In this document: positions 1 through 11,849 of the stretch, piece by piece
How the letters are laid out: each line of letters starts with the position of its first letter
How positions within the stretch are numbered: the stretch's first letter is position 1
Origin: Amphiscolops sp. MND2022
Taxonomy: Eukaryota
Length of the DNA: 64,000 nucleotides
Reading direction: 5' to 3'
NCBI GenBank assembly: GCA_964187785.1
Contig: OZ076415.1
Span: 11,904,001 to 11,968,000 of the forward strand
Program-made: the position numbers and the translations under genes
Notes under the pieces: model-generated
What the model saw: the letters and a program-made list of their open reading frames with translations, nothing else
The model's database searches: none
What the model was told of the DNA's origin: nothing

Positions 1-439
1 CAAGATAATAGAAAATTAATGGCCGCCGCACTTTTTGAAAAAAAACGACCAATTTTAAAATACAGACAAGTTATGGATTTTTATTGAACAAGAATTTTAC
101 GTAGATCCTAACGAAAATATCAAGTCTTTATTTGGTCAAATTGCAGCCCAACGGTTGTCCTATGAGGTTTTGATAGACCCTGTCTTTATGGCACGGTTAC
201 TTTTTTGCCCGATAAAAATTTTTATTTTGTTCAAAAAAGGTTTTTTTAGATTTGTTTGAGGTTTTAGCGACTTGCAATCTATGTGATTAAGGGTGTATCG
301 GTTGGTTGGAAAGAACGTCCAGCTTGCAGAGAAAGTGAAACATTTAAGATAAGTATTGAGTCAACGCTTTGCGAGTTTTGTTGCTGAGCGAATTTTCTAA
401 ACTAAATTCACCAGAATCACTTGCATTCATGCTTTATCA

Positions 440-945
440 AGAAACGGAAAGTCTTTTAAAAATAGGCCCCTCCGGGGCTCAGTACTATTTCTGCTTTAAT
501 CTTTATTTTTTTAAAACAAAAAATCATTAATAAAAGAATCATATCTGGAATACCAATACACTCCTGTTTAATCATTACTTAGAGCACAATTAATCACTGT
601 ACAAGTTTACACCGCCTTTAATTCTTCTCGGACTAAAGAAAATATAACTAAGCGTAGACGAAGTTTCGCATTCGCATTTGAATGCAGGCGAAGCTCTCAA
701 CGAACGAATAATTAACACTCATTCGCTTCATCTCAATGACGTCAGCATACGAATGGATAATTACCACTCGCTCGTTCTATCGCACTAGAATTGAATTGTT
801 GTCGGCAGCTTTCCCACGCTTACACTCACTGCCGAACAAAATATCTGAATTATTCAGTAGGACGAAATTTGACGACTGAAAAAAAAAAGGACCAACTTTG
901 AGGTTACAATAACATTCCTGCTAAAGCAGAAATATTAATAATGGA
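440..945. repeat. Dispersed repeat family D, copy 1
   Basis: Long shared blocks (e.g. ttaatcactgtacaagtttacaccgcctttaattcttctcggactaaagaaaat) with 13760-14325; more diverged copies at about 1460-2000 and 34740-35330. Confidence 0.8.
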
Positions 946-1459
946 TTTTTTCTAGATTTCTTACTGCCAATGCATTGGAACGCGCTTTTACAAGGGCTGG
1001 TGGAAAGTACTTTTCACTTGACCTAACGATCATCGCGGCGAAGGACTGTGACGGAGCCTGGGAAGCACTAAATCGATTTTGCTTGCTGAGGTAGAAAGTA
1101 TACCAAATTTAATCCCCTTTGGAATTTCGGCTTTTTGAGACTTCATAATTTTTAGAAACTGAAGATCCCTAATAATGTTATAGTTGTTTTTAGAAACGAA
1201 AAAGCGTTTTCGAGATTTGACGGTCACTGTTCTTTTGGCACTATGCGATTTTTCTCAAAAATGAAAAAAAATTGGAATTATCAAGGGTTTGGGTTTCTGA
1301 TGTTTTGAGATGGAAAACTCATTTCAATGCTGACTTTTGTTTTTTTTTGGTTTCAAGCTTTTGAGAGGCTACGTTGTGCAACGACCGAAAGTGCAACCAG
1401 TGTCAAACTTCTGTTTCTTTTCTATTTGAAAGAAAAACACTGTTTCCTGTACAACAAAA

Positions 1460-2000
1460 AGAGGCCCCTTCAGGGTACATTATTTCTGCTTTAGGCTACA
1501 ATAATCATTGTTTTCCAAGTTCTTAAATAAAAACATACAATGTTTCAAGTTTACACTCCAGTGAATTCATTTTAAAGCACAATCAATCACGCGTATATGA
1601 CGTTTCGCACTCGTAGTTGAAAACATGCGAAACTCTCGGCATACGAATATTTAACACTCCTTTGGTTCATTAATGCGGTGGCGGACGCTCGCTTTGTCAA
1701 AAATTATGTTGGCGGCTATGATGTTTCTTATTTGTATTTGATACGGTATTTGATAAGGTATCGGCGTACAAAGAATTAACACTCATTGGCGTCATCCCAA
1801 TGAACTCGGCGCACCAATGCATTATTACGAACAATGGCTCGCTTTATCGCACGAGAATTGAACTTAATAACAATCGTCGGAAAAGTGAACTAAATTCCGA
1901 AATTTTCAGTAGGCATTCGTCTAAAGAAATGTGGCATCTTTTAGATTTCAATATTATTCCTGCTATCGTAGAAATAATAAAACAAAACAATAAACGCCCC
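1460..2000. repeat. Dispersed repeat family D, diverged copy
   Basis: Same motif order as 440-945 (ggcccct...atttctgctttag...ttaacactcatt...cattattcctgctatcgtagaaataata). Confidence 0.65.
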
Positions 2001-2704
2001 ATATCCAAAATTTCAACGTTTTCCCTGAACTGTATTGGACATTGCAAGGACGAATGCAAGGAAAATCCTTTTTCAAATTAGTCATTTTGGAACACTATAC
2101 GCATAAGTGCAGGAACGAGTTTTAAGGTCAAAACGACATCTCAATTTTACGTTAATCAACCAATTGATGCTTGAAGGGTCCTGATTTTTTCCTGAAGCAT
2201 ATCTCCACCAGATACGGAATAGATCATACTGCCACTGCGACTCTTGTATATTTGGATCTTTTCAGTTAGGAAAAAAATTTACGAGTCCGAAGGGACATTT
2301 TCGGCAGTGAAGTTTTTAGATTTCTTTCAAACACCACCACAGAAAGGCAAAGGAAGCCTGAGACTTGAGGCTGAGTGGAGTGCCGACTATAGAATTTCGT
2401 GTCTTGTTAATTTCTCTTAAAATAAAAACGTCACACTAGAGTTTTTTTTATACGACCTGCAACCATCTAAAGGGCCTCCACTTAGGTTACCTGAGAACGT
2501 TGAGCTTTTTTTCCGAACCTAAGAGACCAGATGATTCCTGTCTTCCGAGCATTGAAGCATTGATGATATTCTTTTTTATCATGCTCCGAAAAGGTAAGCT
2601 ATTGTTAAGGATTCAAGGATCGCCTCTTAAAGTATTCAATACTTTGCAACTAAAAAACCGTAAGGACTCAAAAGGTTGCCTCCATTTATGTGGGAAATCT
2701 TTTT

Positions 2705-3517
2705 GAGCGAGGCGTTGTCATAATTTCGGAGAAAAGAAACGACTATAGAAGTGGTTTTTTCAAGCCCAGCGAGCTGAAAGATTTCTATAGGCACTTTTAT
2801 AAATATACGCTACCACTTGGCCTAGAGGTTAACGCGGATTTCCTGATGTATGGGAAGCCGGAATACGTGGGTCGAGTCTCGCACTAAACCGAATTTTTTA
2901 ATGCTTGCAAAAGTAGAGGGTAGACCAAAGGGCCACTTTTTTTTCGGCACTATGCGATTTTTTACACACCCAAACCCCCTCCCTGGAGTTTCAGCAGCAA
3001 CAAAGCGTTTTGCGAACATAGATTGCTACTTGGAATATATGACATCCACAGGTTTTTTCGAAACTATGCGACTTACCGAAAAAAGTGAATTCGAATTTTT
3101 CACAATTTTTAGTTTTTTGATGTTATCTGTAAAGGAAAATAGTTCTCAGAGTCTTGGGGGTAACCTCTTCGTTAATTTTCGATCGTATGGAACTGATAAG
3201 CTCTTTAAAGATTGTGGAGAAGACGGTATTTTCAGCTCTGTGCGACTGTTTTTCAACAGAACTTTCTTTTGGTTAAAGTGTACTCCCTCACTTTCACAAT
3301 TGTTTTGGCTTCATTCAAAATTTGGGTTTTTTGGTTTCGAATTGGGAAAAACAGGCTTTTGTTTCGAGTCTTGTGTGTGTCCCTCCGGGTATTTTTTGGC
3401 ACTGTAAATTTGATGAAATTTTTGCAATTGTGTTGCTCTACATACATAAGAAAACTTTGCTCTTCATTTTGAACCTTGAGCGGGGCGCCTACTTAGGCAG
3501 TTGCCGGCTTGTTCTTT
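2705..3517 (+). mobile_element. Diverged Helentron-like non-autonomous element (family A)
   Basis: 5' cgactatagaagtggtttttt resembles other family A starts; internal ttttttcggcactatgcga; 3' ggcgcctacttaggcagttgccggcttgtt resembles the family A end. Confidence 0.5.
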
Positions 3518-4245
3518 ACTTAAAGAGGCTAAAGCCAGTCTCCTGTTCCAACAGCGAAGTGGGTCGTTCCTTCGATGCGATACAGAGTAGCATGAAAATG
3601 AAGAATGCTTGTCCACTTTGAAAATACTTCATTCTTCGAACGAACTCTTATCAGAAGCAGTAGCATTGAAATCTAAAAACCTTTAGCATAATCCGTGAAA
3701 CCATATTACAAGACTTTAACAATTTCCTCCTAACTCCAAATACGGTTCGATAACATTTCTGACGTAAAATGCTAACTTTATTAGATATATAATTTGAATT
3801 GACGCTCAAATTGGAACATTTTCTTTGAAAAAGTAAGTCTCAAGAAAAGAAACTTACATCAATATCCTTTCTAATGGAGGCTTTATTTGACAGATACTGT
3901 CGCCAGAAGACATATTGACGAATCTCAATTGGAATTTTATTATTCTCATTTCCGCTGAAGGGATAAAGAAAGTGAGAAGATACTATTTCCACAAATAAAA
4001 TTCGACCGAGGGACAGGAAGTCAGTCTGCTTGTAAGTGGCAGTCGCATTCTTTTTGCATTGACAGACACAGAAGCATGTTCAACGTAAAAGTAAATTGTA
4101 TACCCCCTAAATTAGCTGCTCAACACTAGGCTAGAAGTGAATTAGGCAAAAAACGCTGGATATAAATTCCGGATTAACTGAAATGATTCACCTTTTTCCA
4201 TTTTGGAAATTGGAACTGGAAAATATTTTTTTTCTGACTCTATCC

Positions 4246-5530
4246 CTGAGATTTGACACCGCTAATTACCGAATTAGCGGCCGCTCAGGAATTTTTCAGC
4301 GATTTGAATTAGTGGTAACAAATAGAATGTCCAAATCGAGTAAATTTCCTTTGAGTATACTAAGATTTCAAAAAAATCCAACTCTTACACATGTGAAAAT
4401 CGCACGGTATAAAAAACTCCAGTCTGTTTTTCTTGGAAAACTAAATTGGGTTAGCATTCAGTTTTGAAAGATGCTTAAGTGAAACATTCAACCCTAATTG
4501 ACCTGGGCGTTTTGCAATTTTCAAAAAATCTGATTAAAAATTTAAAATCATTATATCTCCTCAACTACGCGTACCAAAGAAATTAGGGCTTGTAGTAACA
4601 ACTGGATGTTATTGGGGTTTGTTGCACAAGGACTTGTTGTGCAAGGTTATGGGGTTACTTTTTTAGTCGGCGCTTTTCCATTAAGGAAAAAATGCCCGAC
4701 TATAGCAGTGACTTTTTTTCTTCAGACTACAATCCTCGCACTGATCAGTCCACTTTTTAGAAACAATCCTGAAACCACCTAAGGCGCCCAGTCCGTCAAA
4801 GGGGCCAAGGCAAACTTAGTGCAAAGGGTCCCCCTTTCATTTTTTTTAACTTTTTCACTTTTTTAACGTAACCTACAAAACCGGCCAAGGCTAAAGGGTC
4901 CCCCCTTTTGATTTTTTTTCGGCACTGTGCGACCTTTTTTTCGAAAATTTTTTAATGTCCCCAAAGGGTCCCCACTTTGAGTTTTTTGTTATTTTGCAAC
5001 AGAATGCATGTTTGGAAATCAAAAAGGGTCCCCTCTTTTACATTTTTCGGCACTGTGCGACATTTTCCGAAAGAAAAATTTTTTCGAAAATTCCAAGTTT
5101 TTTTCCAAAAAATGTTTTGCGCTTCTTGAGCCTTAGATATAGCGCCGACTTTAGACGTTCCCGTCTTGTTTCTTTTGATCAGACTTTGGTGAGAAAACTG
5201 GATTTTGCCAAATACTGAAATATAGAAAATTATGACCAATTTTTGAGCAAAAAAAAACATTTTTCTCAGTTTTGGAGACAATACTTACTTTTTCTAATGC
5301 TTGTGCCATTCAAATCAATCTAGGTATCAATGAATTGTTGCAAAAAACTTTGCTAGAGAATATGGGCTGCCGGCAAAAGGAATCAGAAATTGAAAAAAAA
5401 TGTAGGCTGCTATAAAGCACAACTAGGTTAATTAGGGTTAACAGTTTGAGGCAAAACTTTTTCAGCGAAAAAGATTTTTGAATTAGCGGTTCAGCCATTA
5501 GCGATAAAAATAAGCGGTGTCAAAAGCCTG
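4246..5530. mobile_element. Old hAT-like non-autonomous element with a nested family A copy
   Basis: Inverted termini share tttgacaccgct; flanks ctctatcc (4238-4245) and ccctatcc (5531-5538) match 7/8 as an 8-bp TSD; subterminal ccgctaat/attagcgg motifs; outer bases of the left TIR are degraded. Confidence 0.45.
4659..5170 (+). mobile_element. Helentron-like non-autonomous element (HINE/DINE-1-type), family A
   Basis: T-rich start; subterminal IR agtcggcgc (4665) / gcgccgact (5142); second ccgact near the 5' end; 3' hairpin agacg-ttcc-cgtct then tgtt; no TSD. Confidence 0.75.
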
Positions 5531-5704
5531 CCCTATCCTGGAACTATTCTCACAGTTGCCCTAGATTGAAAAGAATTTCCGTGTTCTGAATCTGAATTGA
5601 AGGTAAGTTTGAAGTTTGTTCATTTTCAAACAACCCAACTCGTGACCAAACAACACAGATAAGACGGACGTGCCAGAAGAGACTAGCCAGACTGGACTGC
5701 CGGA

Positions 5705-5881
5705 CTATCGGTTGGACTTGGCGACTCGCTCGATCTCGTCCTTCTTCTTGATGGCGTAGGAGTTGGAGGAGCCCTTGCTGGCATTGAGGATCTCGTCGGC
5801 CAGACACTCGGCGATGGTCTTGCCACTCCTGAACGCCGCCTCCCGCGCCCCAGTGCAGATGAAGTAGATGGCTTGGTTCAC
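5705..5881 (-). CDS. RPS5: 40S ribosomal protein S5 (uS7), last coding exon
   Basis: tag|GTG acceptor; [58 protein letters not shown], matching the eukaryotic RPS5 C-terminus. Confidence 0.97.
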   Translation of the reverse strand: MNQAIYFICTGAREAAFRSGKTIAECLADEILNASKGSSNSYAIKKKDEIERVAKSNR

Positions 5882-5887
5882 CTACGT

Positions 5888-5907
5888 CATCATCATCATC
5901 ATCATCA
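5888..5907. repeat. (CAT)n microsatellite in the RPS5 3' splice site region
   Basis: Six CAT units plus CA, 6 nt from the exon boundary. Confidence 0.9.
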
Positions 5908-5999
5908 CCTTGCAGTTAGTTAGTATACGTAGATGATAAATACTAAGAAAAGTTTATTTGATTGGAATCATTTCACAAAAACCGAAATACATATAAATT

Positions 6000-8485
6000 G
6001 AAACAAGACGCCCGCTAAGCACCGGGATATTTTCCGCCCTGTTCGCCTTCACCAACTGATCCATAGCTATTTTGGGAGGGGGGAATAGGATCTAAAGAAT
6101 AAGATCTAAAATTAGTGATTTTAGATCTTATTCCCGCCCTGAAATTTTAGATCTTATTCCCTTTTTTGACTTTAGATATTATTCCCACCGTATGCTATTC
6201 TAGTTACTTGACTATTTTAGTTACTAGTAGCTATATAAAATAGTCAAGTAATCAAAAGGTGATTGTGGAGATTTGCAAAATTTGGAAAAAAAACGCGTCA
6301 CAGATCATAATTTTCCTCCCCATTTTTAAAATGTGGGGTCGGAAAATAATCACAGATCATGATTTTCCTCCCCATTTTTAAAATGTGGGGTCGGAAAATA
6401 ATCACAGATCATGATTTTCCTCCCCATTTTTAAAATGTGGGGTCGGAAAATAATCACAGATCATGATTTTCCTCCCCATTTTTAAAATGTCGGGTCGGAA
6501 AATAATCACAGATCATGATTTTCCTCCCCATTTTTAAAATGTGGGGTCGGAAAATAATCACAGATCATGATTTTTCTCCCCATTTTTAAAATGTCGGGTC
6601 GGAAAATAATCACAGATCATGATTTTCCTCCCTATTTTTAAAATGTGGGGTCGGAAAATAATCACAGATCATGATTTTCCTCCCCATTTTTAAAATGTCG
6701 GGTCGGAAAATAATCACAGATCATGATTTTCCTCCCCATTTTTAAAATGTCGGGTCGGAAAATAATCACAGATCATGATTTTCCTCCCCATTTTTAAAAT
6801 GTGCGGTCGAAAAATAATCACAGATCATAATTTTCCTCCCCATTTTTAAAATGTGGGGTCGGAAAATAATCACAGATCATAATTTTCCTCCCCATTTTTA
6901 AAATGTGGGGTCGGAAAATAATCAGAGATCATAATTTTCCTCCCCATTTTTAAAATGTCGGGTCGGAGAATAATCACAGATCATGATTTTCCTCCCCATT
7001 TTTAAAATGTGGGGTCGGAAAATAATCACAGATCATGATTTTCCTCCCCATTTTTAAAATGTGGGGTCGAAAAATAATCACAGATCATGATTTTCCTCCC
7101 CATTTTTAAAATGTCGGGTCGGAAAATAATCACAGATCATGATTTTCCTCCCCATTTTTAAAATGTCGGGCCGGAAAATAATCACAGATCAAGATTTTCC
7201 TCCCCATTTTTAAAATGTCGGGTCGGAAAATAATCACAGATCATGATTTTCCTCCCCATTTTTAAAATGTGGGGTCGGAAAATAATCACAGATCATGATT
7301 TTCCTCCCCATTTTTAAAATGTGGGGTCGGAAAATAATCACAGATCATGATTTTCCTCCCCATTTTTAAAATGTCGGGTCGGAAAATAATCACAGATCAT
7401 GATTTTCCTCCCCATTTTTAAAATGTCGGGTCGGAAAATAATCACAGATCATGATTTTCCTCCCCATTATTAAAATGTCGGGTCGGAAAATAATCACAGA
7501 TCATGATTTTCCTCCCCATTTTTAAAATGTGGGGTCGGAAAATAATCACAGATCATGATTTTCCTCCCCATTTTTAAAATGTGGGGTCGGAAAATAATCA
7601 CAGATCATGATTTTCCTCCCCATTTTTAAAATGTCGGGTCGGAAAATAATCACAGATCATGATTTTCCTCCCCATTTTTAAAATGTCGGGTCGGAAAACA
7701 ATCACAGATCATGATTTTCCTCCCCATTTTTAAAATGTGGGGTCGGAAAATAATCACAGATCATGATTTTCCTCCCCATTTTTAAAATGTCGGGTCGGAA
7801 AATAATCACAGATCATGATTTTCCTCCCCATTTTTAAAATGTGGGGTCGGAAAATAATCACAGATCATGATTTTCCTCCCCATTTTTAAAATGTGGGGTC
7901 GGAAAATAATCACAGATCATGATTTTCCTCCCCATTTTTAAAATGTCGGGTCGGAAAAATATTAAACAGATCATGATTTTCCTCCCCATTTTTAAAATGT
8001 GGGGTCGGAAAATAATCACAGATCATGATTTTCCTCCCCATTTTTAAAATGTCGGGTCGGAAAATAATCACAGATCATGATTTTCCTCCCCATTTTTAAA
8101 ATGTGGGGTCGGAAAATAATCACAGATCATGATTTTCCTCCCCATTTTTGAAATGTCGGGTCGGAAAATAATCACAGATCATGATTTTCCTCCCCATTTT
8201 TAAAATGTCGGGTCGGAAAATAATCACAGATCATGATTTTCCTCCCCATTTTTAAAATGTGGGGTCGGAAAATAATCACAGATCATAATTTTCCTCCCCA
8301 TTTTTAAAATGTGGGGTCGGAAAATAATCACAGATCATAATTTTCCTCCCCATTTTTAAAATGTCGGGTCGGAAAATAATCACAGATCATGATTTTCCTC
8401 CCCATTTTTAAAATGTGGGGTCGGAAAATAATCACAGATCATGATTTTCCTCCCCCATTTTTAAAATGTGGGGTCGGAAAATAAA
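6000..8485 (-). mobile_element. Helentron-like family B element with one terminus expanded into a tandem array
   Basis: End aaacaagacgcccgctaagcaccgggatattttccgccc (6000-6040) is shared with 11243 and, reversed, 14775-14812; 6265-6350 matches the opposite end of the 11243-11466 and 14356-14812 copies. Confidence 0.75.
6298..8484. repeat. Tandem array of 42 x 52-bp hairpin units in the last RPS5 intron
   Basis: Unit tcacagatcatgattttcctccccatttttaaaatgt(g/c)gggtcggaaaataa; 42 units counted; no unique spacers. Confidence 0.97.
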
Positions 8486-8732
8486 AGAAACCAATCTGGA
8501 CATGAAAGAAAAACAACCTATTGGCTCGTCAACTATCCTGCCCTGAAGCAACAAATGCAGAAACCTTTTTAAATGATGTTTCAAAACTATTTCCGCCCTC
8601 AAGGACTTTGCTTACATTAAAGCACTACTGCCGAAAAAAACTTCATTATCAGCACAATTTTTTTCAAAGTAATATGGAAAGAGAAACTTGGTATCGACTA
8701 CGTTGTTCGAGGTTATACTTGACGGAATACCA

Positions 8733-9122
8733 TAGGTGCACCGGACAGGGAAATTTCCGTCCGGCCGGACAGGATTGATTAAAGCCGGATACCGACCAAA
8801 TTGGACATTATCCTCAAATATAAGCGATGATAGAGACTGTTTTTGGAATTGGACAAGGAGTATATTGAAAAACAAAGTAAACATGAATTCAAAAATAATC
8901 GGAAAAATTATTCAGCTTTTTTCAACATCGAAAAACTAGATTTTTTTTCAAAACAAAAATTTAGCCGTTTCAAACGGTTTTCACGTGAGATATGCGATCA
9001 TTTGCCAAGATATTTGTCCGACCAGATTCCGTCAAAAGTCAGGTCGAATACCGGACCGGACCGGACATTTTTCTAAAATCCGGCCAGATACCGGACCAGA
9101 CTTGATGTCCGGTACCCTTCTA
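8733..9122. mobile_element. Putative hAT-like MITE with CCGGA subterminal repeats
   Basis: Left taggtgcaccggaca versus right tgtccggtacccttcta, imperfect inverted; many ccgga/ccggac motifs near both ends; no TSD found. Confidence 0.45.
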
Positions 9123-9534
9123 ATAAATACGAAATACGTGTCCGTTTAGGTTCGCCTTTATAACAACCATATCTAAGTTAGCCACAATTATAAATCACGC
9201 ATTCCTGCTCGCATTCATGCATTCAATTGCCATGGCTAAAATGTGGCGAACTTATATGGTACCTAACTTAAACGTGGCTAAGTTATAGTGGATAACTTAT
9301 GAGGGCACCGTGGAATAAAATCACAGAATTCCAATCAGTTTTCAACTAATCTTAGAATATAAATGACCTTGAGGAAATTGATTTTTTTTGCAACAACCAA
9401 TAATCAGTGATGGCACTCGAAACCTTTCCCAAAAAATTTAGTAATTTTCAAGAAACTTCAAGAAACTATCGATTACTTGTGGTATTCAATTTCAAGAAAG
9501 AAATACAAATAATTTAAATAAAAATTTAAAAATT

Positions 9535-9700
9535 TCATCGGGTTCGAACCCATGACCCCTGTCTGCCAGGTGGACGCTTTTCCAAGTGTCACATATTAAA
9601 TGGAGTAATAAACTGGAGATTTGGCAGAATTTGGAAAAAACGCTACACAGATGATCTTCCTCCCTCTACACAAATAAATTTGCGAGGGTGAAAAATGAAA
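9535..9700 (-). mobile_element. Family B fragment with a partial tRNA-like cassette
   Basis: gggttcgaaccc B-box/T-arm at 9540, followed by ggagatttggcagaatttggaaaaaacgc as at 11390 and 6267. Confidence 0.6.
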
Positions 9701-9927
9701 AGGACAGTATGCAAAGAACTGTATGAATATACCAAACCAGAGCCACTGAACCTCATCAATTTAATTTGGGGAACGCTTTGCTGTAAATAATCATGCAACA
9801 ATTTTTAAACAAAGAAAAGATACGTTCTTCGTTAGTCGCCGACGCTTTTTTAGTAAACTTTTAAATACTGGCACGACTAGGATTAAACGAATAGGACGGC
9901 CGATATGAAATTTGCAAATATTTACAT

Positions 9928-9999
9928 GGCAGTTGGCCCAGTTGTTAAAGCACTAGCTTCAGAAGCAGGAAGCAAGCGGTTCGAATCTCGCTCATGTCC
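9928..9999 (+). pseudogene. tRNA-like sequence (degenerate) inside a repeat
   Basis: A-box-like tggcccagttgtt, anticodon-like arm ctagc-ttcagaa-gcagg, B-box ggttcgaatc; stems mismatched; followed by gcgccgacttt, the family A subterminal IR. Confidence 0.5.
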
Positions 10000-10083
10000 C
10001 CCTTTTTTGCGCCGACTTTGAGCTATCTCGGAAATCAAAATTACTCAAATGAACGTGAAAACATTTTTTGGTTATTCATTCAC

Positions 10084-10227
10084 CTTTCGGAGTGGGGAGA
10101 CGTCGACTGCCTGTCTTCTGACGGTACCCGCTCGACCAATCCTGGTTGAGTCTTCTCTGGGTCCAGCGTTGATGATGGCGTCCACCAAAATGTCTATTGG
10201 GTTAGAATCCGTGTACAGAAACAGAAT
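10084..10227 (-). CDS. RPS5: RPS5 coding exon 3
   Basis: cag|ATT...AAG|gtgaat; [48 protein letters not shown]; phase 0-0. Confidence 0.97.
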
Positions 10228-11242
10228 CTGCAAAACAGGCCTTGCTCATTGCACTTTATCAATGGTGAGCAAACACCAATATTGGGCACAATAGAATATT
10301 TTTATAGGGTCACACATATAGTTTTAAAGAATTTTGTGTACCACGGGTAATGGGCAAACATTTCATGAAACATTTTTCAGGAACTATTCATGGAAATTCT
10401 GAGAGGAATTGAAGCATTCAAAATGTTTTACATGAAAGCAGTACACAGAACAGTTGTACATTCAAAGTAATTCAACTACCAATATAGACTTATTAGTTTT
10501 TCAGATTTCACTTTTCGAACCGTCACTGACACTGTAAGGAGGATCTGTATATTGCAGTGTATCTGATACCCTTTTGCCCCCTTCCAGCTTGTGCCCTCTT
10601 CCAAAAGGGATCAAAGATTCGCTATATAATCTGAATTAGAAAGAGTGAATTTGTTTCCAAGACTGAGAAAAACTGGTTTTTTCTTGCTATTAAATGGTCA
10701 TACTTTTCTAAAATTCATTTTCTTGGTAAAATCCAGTTTTCCCGAAGTCCTTGACCCATAAAGAAAGGCAACCCCACACCTAGACCTTGTGCAATGAAGA
10801 CACATAAGATGTCGTTACTACAAGCCCCCGAAGGCTCGCCTAACCAAATTGAACGGTATAGTTCATTTCTCCGGTATGGGTAGTTGTGAAGATATTAATG
10901 ATTGAAAAAAAATCAATCAGATTTTTTCAAAAACGCAAAAACGCCCAGGACAATTGGAGTTAACAAGAAGGAAACAATAACTATTGAGGTGGACTTCAAT
11001 AACTTTTGGCCGAATTATTTTTAAAACAGTTTCTTTCCCTTGATTTAAGATTAAACCATTTCCTGATTCTTCATTCATATCAAGCATTTTCACGTGAAAT
11101 TCAATTTGATAAAAGGAAACAGATTTATTGTTGTCTCTCTCTCTCTCGATGATTGCAAAGGTCACAGCTAATTAACAATTTCGAGGCGCCTAATTTTATC
11201 AGACAAATGTTGTCAAAACATATGAACTTGATCAAAATTATT

Positions 11243-11466
11243 AAGACGCCCGCTAAGCACCGGGATATTTTATTGATAAAAATGTAACGCATCAGCACGG
11301 GTTCGAACCCACGACCTCGTCTTTGCCAGGCAGACGCACTACCATCTACACCATGGTGCTTAGAATTTACTGAATGGAGTAATAATGTGGAGATTTGGCA
11401 GAATTTGGAAAAAAAACGCAACACAGATTATGATTTTTCTCCCCATTATATGTGGGCGGAAAATAA
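11243..11466 (-). mobile_element. Helentron-like family B element, short copy carrying a tRNA-like cassette
   Basis: aagacgcccgctaagcaccgggatatttt at one end; ttttctccccattatatgtgggcggaaaataa (a single unit homologous to the array) at the other. Confidence 0.75.
11289..11360 (-). pseudogene. tRNA-derived cassette (anticodon position reads GGC)
   Basis: About 72 nt: GCACCATGGTGTAGATGGTAGTGCGTCTGCCTGGCAAAGACGAGGTCGTGGGTTCGAACCCGTGCTGATGC; A and B boxes present, stems imperfect. Confidence 0.6.
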
Positions 11467-11849
11467 CAATTAATTGATACAAGGTGCTATTATGGTTGCG
11501 ACGATACCTTTGTTACTGCACAATTGAACAACCCATAACTACCTTCAAAAAAGTTTGGTTATAAAATTCAGGACTGAAAATATCTGGTCGCTCAATAAGC
11601 GTCTCGAAAAGTTTATTGATCGCAATTTTTTGCCTCAATGTTGGTGTCAAACTAGAGCTGGAAATTGATATCTCGGTTTAATTATTAAATAGTTGAATAA
11701 TAAAAATGGCATCTTTTCGTTAACGCTGTTTATTCTCATCAACACGACGAAATTTCTGTATTTACTAATACGACAAAATTTCCACCCCTTTAGATTAGTT
11801 GATAAGTTAAAATTGAAAAATTGACCACCTTCACACCCGAAATTTTTTT

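Noticed and set aside
6298-8484. CRISPR array (palindromic repeats)
   Set aside because: The units are contiguous with no unique spacers, there are no cas genes, the context is a eukaryotic intron, and the unit is traceable to a transposon terminus.
9928-11360. Functional tRNA genes
   Set aside because: Acceptor and anticodon stems are mismatched, the GGC anticodon is non-standard, and the sequences are embedded in repeats; treated as tRNA-derived cassettes.
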